A DNA stretch of 64,000 bases from a virus. Position numbers and translations under genes: made by a program. Below, piece after piece: positions 56,988 to 64,000 of the stretch. How positions within the stretch are numbered: position 1 is the stretch's first letter; every line of letters begins with the position of its first letter. The DNA is taken from IMG/VR virus record IMGVR_UViG_3300035670_000045, positions 62,744 to 126,743 of that record. One strand, given 5' to 3'. The notes beneath the pieces were generated by a model. The model ran no database searches. It saw nothing but the letters and a program-made list of their open reading frames with translations, and was not told where the DNA came from.

Positions 56988-57001
56988 CAGGAGCCACCCC
57001 C

Positions 57002-57045
57002 GAGCCGCTCCCCACTTCGGTGGGGTCAGCGGCTCTTTTCCTTTT
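57002..57045 (+). terminator. intrinsic terminator
   Basis: GAGCCGCT-CCCCAC-TTCG-GTGGGG-TC-AGCGGCTC plus T-tract. Confidence 0.85.
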
Positions 57046-57054
57046 GGTAATCAC

Positions 57055-57507
57055 ATGAGCAGACACAGTAATTACGCCACACAGAACATCCCCCCGTGCA
57101 CGGGATGTGGCGGACCCAACAGTTATTGGCACACGGCACACTACTTGTGCCCGAGGTGCTGGTTCCTCCTCTGTCGTGAGCGTCGCGTCCATTTGGAGGA
57201 CGCGACGGACCAAATGGTGTCGCTGTACGGTGTAACGTGCTCGGGGCACGTGGGCAGCGGACCGTTCTTCCTTGCGTCCCGAGACATCGTGGGTGCGCGC
57301 ACAGAGTGGCTTCACGGGGAGATGTTCCCGTTCGGCGAGGGGCAGCAGCGCTTCGTGGGGATGAGGTGGGAGCGCGACGTGCTCAAAGCCTTCCGCTTCC
57401 GTACGGAGGAGGAGGCGCTTCTCGCTGCCAAGTCCCCTGTCCCCATGTACCTCGATGGGTACGTGGACTACAAAGTGCGGGTGATCCCGCACGCGGCGGT
57501 GAAGTGA
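57055..57507 (+). CDS. Zn-finger hypothetical protein
   Basis: CTGC...CPRC. Confidence 0.55.
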   Translation: MSRHSNYATQNIPPCTGCGGPNSYWHTAHYLCPRCWFLLCRERRVHLEDATDQMVSLYGVTCSGHVGSGPFFLASRDIVGARTEWLHGEMFPFGEGQQRFVGMRWERDVLKAFRFRTEEEALLAAKSPVPMYLDGYVDYKVRVIPHAAVK

Positions 57508-58142
57508 GTCTATTACCCCCGTGGGGTGGGTCGCTCTTTCAGTCGGACCCGTGGAGGTCCTACCCCCCTATGCACCCCCCGTTCCTCCACGTGTGGCACC
57601 GGTCCATCTCGTACTACAGCACACCCATTGGGGAGCACCTCGTGGCGGACATCCGCAGGTTCCCAGGCGCGATTCCTGAGTACCTCGGCGTGTTGACCTA
57701 CGTGAATCTGCAGGTCGTCACGGAGGACTACTTGGCGGGGATCGCTCACCGGTACGGGTACAACTACACGTACCACTCCCCCATCCTTACCCCCACGCAG
57801 CATCACTGGCCGTACTGCCCGCTGACGACACTCGCCGCATTCGCGGCCATGACCAACGACCACCCGCAGGTGGAGAGGATCGCATTGCCGAGTGTGGACG
57901 CGGTGCGTGCACACCTGGAAGAAGCCGCGGATGCACTCATCATGTCCCCCATGCAGCTGGAGGACCGGGTCCGCGCTTGGTACCCAGACGGGTTCTATCC
58001 TGCACCGGAACGCATCCCGAGGCGCACATGTCCGAGGGGTGTACTGTACCCAGGGCACTACTCCATCGATGGTGGATGCCGGTGTGTAGAGCCCTTGCAT
58101 ACGCGTGCGGGTCAACAGCGTTGGGGTATCATCCTGGGATGA
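57504..58142 (+). CDS. Cys/His-tail family member 17
   Basis: CPRGVLYPGHYSIDGGCRCVEPLH. Confidence 0.7.
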   Translation: MSLLPPWGGSLFQSDPWRSYPPMHPPFLHVWHRSISYYSTPIGEHLVADIRRFPGAIPEYLGVLTYVNLQVVTEDYLAGIAHRYGYNYTYHSPILTPTQHHWPYCPLTTLAAFAAMTNDHPQVERIALPSVDAVRAHLEEAADALIMSPMQLEDRVRAWYPDGFYPAPERIPRRTCPRGVLYPGHYSIDGGCRCVEPLHTRAGQQRWGIILG

Positions 58143-58495
58143 AAACCGCCGAGCTCCTGTCCCCGGACGCTGTGATCCAATTTGCCCGTGAGCCCAACGG
58201 TAACCGACTCGCCGTCATGCATTGCCCTGGGTGTGGGGAGCGCCACTTCGTGAGAGTGGACGGCCCACACAAGTGGGGGTTCAACGAGGACGTGGCCCGT
58301 CCTACGTTCAGCCCGAGCGTGCTCGTCCGAGCTCGAGCTTCCGACCCCACCGACCCCGACGCGGTTGCGATCGAGTCCGTGTGTCACTTCCACGTTCGTG
58401 AGGGCAACATCGACTACCTGGGGGACTGCACGCACAAGTTGGCGGGCACATCCCAGCGTATGGTGCCCGTGGTTGCGTGGCCTTCACTGGGATAA
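58139..58495 (+). CDS. DUF6527-like Zn-binding protein
   Basis: HCPGCG..H, W.FN, PTFSPSVLV, CHFHVREG.I.YLGDCTH. Confidence 0.7.
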   Translation: MKTAELLSPDAVIQFAREPNGNRLAVMHCPGCGERHFVRVDGPHKWGFNEDVARPTFSPSVLVRARASDPTDPDAVAIESVCHFHVREGNIDYLGDCTHKLAGTSQRMVPVVAWPSLG

Positions 58496-58512
58496 GACAT
58501 GTGAGGTGATCG

Positions 58513-58824
58513 ATGCGTGACCTGCCGTGTATCCCTGTGTTCGCTTCCGTACGGGAGGTGCACACCGTGTGCCTCCCAAGCTTCCCTTGCCTACTTGGGG
58601 ATCCCAGTGCCGATGCGTTTTGGGCGACTTATTTGGTCGTCCCCGACGCTAGGAAGTACAGCGTGATTCGCATTTCCGGTCTCGGTGTTGCATCCACGGA
58701 GGTACGTGGGGTGACGCTTCAGGGTGCAAGGGCGTTTATTCGCAAGCATTCCCCATCCCCGTGGCGTCCGATTTCCGACGAAGAGTTGACCAGAAAAATT
58801 GGGAAGAAGAGGAAGGCTAGGTGA
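58513..58824 (+). CDS. hypothetical protein
   Basis: GGGATAAG at 58489, GAGG RBS. Confidence 0.55.
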   Translation: MRDLPCIPVFASVREVHTVCLPSFPCLLGDPSADAFWATYLVVPDARKYSVIRISGLGVASTEVRGVTLQGARAFIRKHSPSPWRPISDEELTRKIGKKRKAR

Positions 58825-59135
58825 CCGTGAAGGACTTCGCGAGTGTGTTGTTCTCCACCGAGTCGGCGTTGCTCGTGATGGCTACCCTTCTCCTGCTCGT
58901 GTCCCACTTGTTTCATGTGCGGCTTCGGCAGTACCGGCAGTGGCAGGCCCACTGCACACATATCGAGAGGCAGATCCGGGACCTGGACCGACTCATTCAT
59001 CGACACTGGGTGCTGTACCTCACCTACCTGCACCGTGGGGAGGACAAGAAGGCGATGGCCGAGTTGGACTTTATCGAAAAATGGGAGGCGGACGTGCAAG
59101 GGCTGGAGATCGAGCTCCGCTACTGGACGAAGTGA
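58821..59135 (+). CDS. membrane-anchored hypothetical protein
   Basis: N-terminal hydrophobic helix. Confidence 0.55.
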   Translation: MTVKDFASVLFSTESALLVMATLLLLVSHLFHVRLRQYRQWQAHCTHIERQIRDLDRLIHRHWVLYLTYLHRGEDKKAMAELDFIEKWEADVQGLEIELRYWTK

Positions 59136-59929
59136 TGGGGGCGTCTCGTCATCCAAGTTTCAAACGCATCATTTCTGCTCTTCGAACATCTCCGGCAGGC
59201 CTGTCCAGGCGGATGGATTATCTACTCTCTCCCGACTGGGATCTGTTCCGTGACGGGTTCTCTCCGAGCGATGTAGCCGTCGATCCGAGTGGGAACACGT
59301 TGAGTTTGTATCCTCTCTCGAACACGGAGTGGTACGGCGTGCTGTACCACGGCAGCAAGCACACCGCCCTCTCTGGGGATTGTCATGTCCTGCGGGTTGA
59401 CTTGACCGAAGCTCACCCAACCAGGGTGCAGTCCGCTATCCGCAAGCTCGTCCAAGACAGCCTGTCAGGCCCTGAGGTCGTGGACGCGGCGAAAGCCGTT
59501 TCCGCTGGAGTAGTAGGGCGTGCCCTTGCCCGGAACGCCGTGGGTGCCGTCGTTCTTCACGAGCACGCATTCGCTACACTGGCGTACTTCGCTACCGGAC
59601 CTATGTACGAAGTTCTGGGGGCTGCGAGGGAATCGGCCAGGTACTTTCTCCGTAGCCCCTACAGTGTAGAGCAACTGCTCGAGCAGGTGTCCGGACGGTA
59701 CACCATGCGGGACTACGGTACGTTTCCGTACCGTAGGGACTCGCCACCGAAGTCCAGTGTGCAGGGTACGAGTGCGTGCCCTCTTGGGATCACAGCCCCC
59801 CAGCACTACTGGGTGGACGGTCAGTGCAAGTGCGGGGACGTTGTGCATTCCAGGTCAATGCAAGAGCTATGGTCCATTCAGTCCTCGGCCCAGAATCAAC
59901 GGTATGTTGTCCGGTCACCGCGCCGGTGA
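59135..59929 (+). CDS. Cys/His-tail family member 18
   Basis: CPLGITAPQHYWVDGQCKCGDVVH; RVDLTE. Confidence 0.7.
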   Translation: MGASRHPSFKRIISALRTSPAGLSRRMDYLLSPDWDLFRDGFSPSDVAVDPSGNTLSLYPLSNTEWYGVLYHGSKHTALSGDCHVLRVDLTEAHPTRVQSAIRKLVQDSLSGPEVVDAAKAVSAGVVGRALARNAVGAVVLHEHAFATLAYFATGPMYEVLGAARESARYFLRSPYSVEQLLEQVSGRYTMRDYGTFPYRRDSPPKSSVQGTSACPLGITAPQHYWVDGQCKCGDVVHSRSMQELWSIQSSAQNQRYVVRSPRR

Positions 59930-60201
59930 TCTTCACGAGGTTTGTCATGGAAAAGGATGTGGCTCGTCTCGAGTACCGGCTCATGCTGCTGGTGCTGCTG
60001 GTGTCGTACGTGTCGATCATCATCGGGCAGGCTTCATCCTGGCTCGAGTGGGGTTGTGGTTCCGTGGTGCTACTCCAGCTGACGATCGGCGTGTACGTCG
60101 TGTTGGGGGACATCCGGGACATCTGCCGCGTTTGGGTTCTGCACGAGTTGCTCCAGGAGCTGCACCGCCCTCTGTGGCAAGGTAGGTCGGCTAGTGAGTA
60201 G
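59926..60201 (+). CDS. small two-helix membrane protein
   Basis: Two hydrophobic segments. Confidence 0.45.
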   Translation: MIFTRFVMEKDVARLEYRLMLLVLLVSYVSIIIGQASSWLEWGCGSVVLLQLTIGVYVVLGDIRDICRVWVLHELLQELHRPLWQGRSASE

Positions 60202-60925
60202 CCGTATCCGGGACCGGCCCGACGCCGTCACACTTATTGACGAGTGGGGGACTATACTCCCTTCGCAGGTCACGCGCGGGTGGTCGCGCACAACTTTCGG
60301 CGATTCGTTGCCCATATACTACCGAGACGATCCTCCGGCTCCGTTGGTGGTGCTTTGCCTGCGGGAGGAGACAGCCCACGGGTTCGCTGTGGAGGTCCAC
60401 GTCGTGCCCTACATCCTCATCAACAAGGCATCCGGGGCAAGGCTTGTACGCGAGTACCAGAAGAAATGGCGGGTGGAACTGAGTAAGGATACGCAGGAGC
60501 GCGCGCTGTTCTCCCAGATGCTTCGAGAGTTCGGCAACTTTAGCGCTCACAGTCGTGTTGTGTGCGGCAAGACACTACGCGAGGCGAAGACGGCTGCGAT
60601 GGTGGAGGGGAGACGTCTGCAGGCCAACCTGGAGTGGCTTTTCACTCTTTACTGCCAACACCAGCCTTTTGTAGCGGAAGAACGCCCAGTGGCGTGCCCT
60701 GCTGGGATCATTCACCCCACTCACTTCAGCACGGGCGCAAGGTCCTGCATGTGCGGCATTTTCGAGTACGAATCAACACAGCGCAAAGTGTGGGGTGCCC
60801 CCTCGTGGGTGGGGAGGTACCGTAAGCACCTTGTCCGTACATGGAGAGAGATGCGCAAGCTGAAGGTGCTTGGTGTTGACTTTGGTAGCCGCGAGCTCGA
60901 CAAGCTCGATGATCGGAGCCCATGA
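60194..60925 (+). CDS. Cys/His-tail family member 19
   Basis: CPAGIIHPTHFSTGARSCMC. Confidence 0.7.
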   Translation: MSSRIRDRPDAVTLIDEWGTILPSQVTRGWSRTTFGDSLPIYYRDDPPAPLVVLCLREETAHGFAVEVHVVPYILINKASGARLVREYQKKWRVELSKDTQERALFSQMLREFGNFSAHSRVVCGKTLREAKTAAMVEGRRLQANLEWLFTLYCQHQPFVAEERPVACPAGIIHPTHFSTGARSCMCGIFEYESTQRKVWGAPSWVGRYRKHLVRTWREMRKLKVLGVDFGSRELDKLDDRSP

Positions 60926-61740
60926 ACCGCGACAAAAAGAACCCCCCTTCCATCGGGGAGATGCTCACCGACATTCGGGAAGAGTGGGTCACAACACCTC
61001 CTGATCTGCTGTGGCAATTGGGTCCGCCCGCTGGGGCGACGGACGAAGAGTCCAGCGGCTGGGAGTACCCCGTGTGGTTTTTCCCGTTGCAGCACCATCC
61101 TGGTGGGTTCGCGCTACTGCGGGGGTATGCTCACTCGGGCCTCACGAACGACTGGGGTGAGCCTCTTGTGCAGGCCACGTTGAGCGTGTTGTTCGTGGAC
61201 GAGGTGCACTACCTCACCGTAAAGGACGCTCTTGACCGTGCCCGCATGGAGATGACGCTCGACCACAGGTCAACTTACGGCGTCTCCATTCACCCTCGGC
61301 ACACGCGTGCACCCGTTGGGCTCACATACACCCAGCGACTTGCGCTGATGCACGCGCTGGTGAAGTACGGGCACATGGGGGAGGGACTGCTGACGACGCG
61401 TACCCATGACCTGGCGGCACTTCGGGAGCAGGTTTGTGAGAAGGTGCGTGAATGGTCTACCCCGGAGGGGCTCTACCGGTTGGACAGACAGCTCGAGCAG
61501 GCGCTCTGCCTCTCGTTGCTAGGGGGCCTGGGCCCCACGGACGTCGGTTGCCCCAATGGGGTTGTTCACCCGCTGCATTGGAGGGGGTACACCTGCCGTT
61601 GCTTGGACGTGCGCCACGCACCCGTAGCAGGCGGGTGGTGGGTGTTGCAGCCTGAGGGCAGGTGTGTGCGCCCACTGGGGGGATCGGGGTGGCGGGAGGT
61701 GCTGGACCTTCACTGCCCCGAAGTGGACTTCGTACTCTGA
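60922..61740 (+). CDS. Cys/His-tail family member 20
   Basis: CPNGVVHPLHWRGYTCRCLDVRH. Confidence 0.7.
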   Translation: MNRDKKNPPSIGEMLTDIREEWVTTPPDLLWQLGPPAGATDEESSGWEYPVWFFPLQHHPGGFALLRGYAHSGLTNDWGEPLVQATLSVLFVDEVHYLTVKDALDRARMEMTLDHRSTYGVSIHPRHTRAPVGLTYTQRLALMHALVKYGHMGEGLLTTRTHDLAALREQVCEKVREWSTPEGLYRLDRQLEQALCLSLLGGLGPTDVGCPNGVVHPLHWRGYTCRCLDVRHAPVAGGWWVLQPEGRCVRPLGGSGWREVLDLHCPEVDFVL

Positions 61741-61804
61741 CGTCTTTCCACTTTCATTGCGGGGATAAGACTCGGGGTAGTCTACCGCTACTCGAGGAGG
61801 CGAC

Positions 61805-62101
61805 ATGTGCGAAGTGAGTGAAGATGTCCACCCTGTGTGCACCGACGAGCAGCTCGCGACGATGCGAGCTCGTGGCGGGAGATGGGCCGGTTACCAGTGC
61901 AAGGCGCTGGACAGTAGCCAGGCGGGTACCTACGTGTTCCTGAAGTTTGGGCCTGGGTGCACGTACGAAGCTCCCCCCATGCATGCGCCCGACGGGGTCT
62001 ACGGTACGGGCTGGAAGTTCCGGTTGCAGGGCGAGCTCGACCTGCACACGGGGCAGCTTCGGCCGTGGCGAGATGCGCCCGCAGACGGGGTTCAGTCGTG
62101 A
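61805..62101 (+). CDS. hypothetical protein
   Basis: GGGGATAAG at 61761, leader hairpin, GAGGAGG RBS. Confidence 0.65.
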   Translation: MCEVSEDVHPVCTDEQLATMRARGGRWAGYQCKALDSSQAGTYVFLKFGPGCTYEAPPMHAPDGVYGTGWKFRLQGELDLHTGQLRPWRDAPADGVQS

Positions 62102-62469
62102 ACCCGCCACGGCCTCCGCGTGCGTGTACCCACCCCATCACGGAAGCGACCCGCAGGGCGCTGAACGAGCAGCTGGGCGAGGCCATCCGGGCGGTGCTGA
62201 ACCGCCCCGTGTCGACCCCCGACAAGGAGGTGAACTACGAGGGGCTGACGTTCGAGGAGTGGCTGCGGGCTGCCGTCCCCGGGTACAACAAGGACGCCAC
62301 GTTCCTGCTGTGCCTGGTGCGTGAGTGGGAGGCAGGAGTCGATCCGACCGAGCTGCGCTTCAGCCGGCATGCCTCCCTTCGTACGCTCTCCGTGCACGAT
62401 CGTCTGGCGGAAGCCAAGCAGCGGCAACGGGACGAGAAGGACTACCCCACGAAGGAGCCCGGGAAGTGA
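62098..62469 (+). CDS. hypothetical protein
   Basis: GTGA overlap. Confidence 0.5.
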   Translation: MNPPRPPRACTHPITEATRRALNEQLGEAIRAVLNRPVSTPDKEVNYEGLTFEEWLRAAVPGYNKDATFLLCLVREWEAGVDPTELRFSRHASLRTLSVHDRLAEAKQRQRDEKDYPTKEPGK

Positions 62470-62603
62470 CTCGCCGCGCCGACCGACCGATGCGTAGCCC
62501 ATTCGTCCGCGCGTGCATGTGCTACTACCTCTACAACCTGCCCCGTTCATGCTGCGTGTGCGGGCGCCAGACTGCGAAACGTACTACGGAAGAGGACACC
62601 ACA

Positions 62604-62927
62604 ATGGGCTACATGCCGTCAGGATTCGAAGACTGTGAGGCTGCGACCGAGGTAGTGGAGGAGCTGCGGCGAGCTCGAGGCCGCTTCCCCACGTTCCACT
62701 CGGCGCACGAGGGCGCTTCCATCTTGCGGGAGGAGTTCGAGGAGCTCTGGGACGTGGTGAAGCAGGGTGGGTCCAGCCCTCGCTCCGTGAAGGCCATGCG
62801 GAAGGAAGCCATCCAGGTCGCGGCTATGGCCCTCCGGTTCATCGAGGACGTGTGTGACAAGCCGGAAGTCGCGGAGGTGGGTACCCGTGCCAAGACGAGG
62901 AAGCCGCGTGGACGCCGCCCAGCCTGA
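62604..62927 (+). CDS. MazG-like nucleotide pyrophosphohydrolase
   Basis: ILREEFEELWD...MRKEAIQVAAMALRF. Confidence 0.65.
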   Translation: MGYMPSGFEDCEAATEVVEELRRARGRFPTFHSAHEGASILREEFEELWDVVKQGGSSPRSVKAMRKEAIQVAAMALRFIEDVCDKPEVAEVGTRAKTRKPRGRRPA

Positions 62928-63165
62928 CGCGCAGAAGGAAGCGCTCACGGCAGCCATCAAGAAGCTCGGTGTCGATCATCCGGAGATCGACGCCAAGCAG
63001 ATGCTGCGGGACTTCGAGGAGTTCTATGCGGAGTGCCCGCACGTGGAGGCCGCATACTCGTACATCATCCACAACGCGGAGTCGTACATGCGGAAAGAGG
63101 GGCCTGTCTCCGAGCAGATCGGGTTGACCCTCGCGGGCATGTTCACTCCGCGGTCCCGAAGGTGA
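62908..63165 (+). CDS. hypothetical protein
   Basis: GAGGA RBS. Confidence 0.5.
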   Translation: MDAAQPDAQKEALTAAIKKLGVDHPEIDAKQMLRDFEEFYAECPHVEAAYSYIIHNAESYMRKEGPVSEQIGLTLAGMFTPRSRR

Positions 63166-63863
63166 GCCCGATGGTTCGGGTCTACCAGAGCGACCAAACC
63201 GCGGAGGAGTGGGTCCAGCACTGGCAGCTCGGGTTGGTTCGGTTCCGGGGCGTCGCCATGAGTGGCACACTGCGCAGCACGCACTGTGATGTGCTTGACG
63301 TGCCTCCTGACGTTCGAGCCAAACTCCAGAACCGTGACCGTCTTGTGTGGGCGCGACCTTGGGATCTAGCCCGCTCCATCATGGGGGTCGTCGTAGTCAC
63401 GTACGAACACCCTAGCGGCGTACGTCTGTGGTACAGCAACCCTTCGGTGTCCGCGCAGGTCCCACGGGACGAGTTTTTCTACGGGTCTAACGTTGCGGGG
63501 GTGCAGGACGCTGTGCACCGGGTGCTGTATCCGGGGGATGATGCCACTTTCGAGCTCTCAAACGCCGAGTGGTTTGCAGAAGCGAACAACGCCGCTAAGG
63601 GGCGAGTGGGGCGTACTCTGCACTTGATCGGACAGTTGGAAGAGGGGGTGGAGTACTACGGGGACGAGCCCCCCGATCCGGAGGATGCCGCACGGTTTGG
63701 ATGTCCTCGCGGAATTGTCCACCCGCTGCACTACGGCGACATGTGGGCGGGGTGCCGCTGCCGTAGCAATCTTCACCTCGTACGGTTGACGGGCTGGGGT
63801 GACCCTGAGGCGAGCCGTACCTTGGTGCAACGTTCGATTCCGTATCTTCCGTTGGTGACCTGA
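63162..63863 (+). CDS. Cys/His-tail family member 21
   Basis: CPRGIVHPLHYGDMWAGCRCRSNLH. Confidence 0.7.
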   Translation: MSPMVRVYQSDQTAEEWVQHWQLGLVRFRGVAMSGTLRSTHCDVLDVPPDVRAKLQNRDRLVWARPWDLARSIMGVVVVTYEHPSGVRLWYSNPSVSAQVPRDEFFYGSNVAGVQDAVHRVLYPGDDATFELSNAEWFAEANNAAKGRVGRTLHLIGQLEEGVEYYGDEPPDPEDAARFGCPRGIVHPLHYGDMWAGCRCRSNLHLVRLTGWGDPEASRTLVQRSIPYLPLVT

Positions 63864-63882
63864 TTTCAGAAGGGGGAGTCCC

Positions 63883-64000
63883 ATGTCAAGTCAAAGTGAT
63901 CGAGTGAGTTTCGAGCTCATGACCGAAGAGGAGCAGGAGCTCTACCTGTTGACCCACTTGCGGGTGCACAACGCGGTTGGTCTCCTTGCGCTGGCGGACT
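63883..64000 (+). CDS. hypothetical protein (runs off window)
   Basis: GGGAG RBS, ATG 63883, open to window end. Confidence 0.45.
   Translation, partial: MSSQSDRVSFELMTEEEQELYLLTHLRVHNAVGLLALAD

Noticed and set aside
37430-63863. Diversity-generating retroelement as the source of family variation
   Set aside because: No reverse transcriptase or TR/VR pair seen, and the C-terminus is the conserved part rather than the variable part.
37430-63863. c-type cytochrome or HNH assignment for the Cys/His tail
   Set aside because: No CxxCH motif or signal peptides, and spacing does not fit H-N-H.
1-64000. Stop-codon reassignment; tRNA or rRNA genes
   Set aside because: Genes tile densely under the standard code using all three stops; no cloverleaf or rRNA-like sequence noticed by eye.

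Overview
High-GC segment of a large tailed-phage genome (inferred; no rRNA, tRNA, CRISPR or integrase seen, host unknown). 0.1-9 kb: tightly overlapping small genes, including a probable tail-assembly chaperone with a -1 frameshift site, a GroES-like co-chaperonin and a GNAT acetyltransferase. 9-11.8 kb: minus-strand single-gene cassettes, each behind a GGGATAAG motif and mostly separated by terminators. 11.8-35 kb: virion module (tape measure, baseplate-like and Ig-like proteins), an intein-containing SNF2-like helicase fused to a kinase-like domain, a sigma factor and a DUF932-like protein. 36.1-36.45 kb: structured non-coding region. 37-64 kb: accessory region dominated by 21 diverged paralogs sharing a C-terminal C-x2-G-x2-HP-x-H-x4-6-C-x-C motif, usually followed by another His and a Trp, plus two apparently inactivated ABC-type ATPases and RadC/JAB, oligoribonuclease, DUF6527-like and MazG-like genes. 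All assignments are motif recognition by eye; no searches were run.
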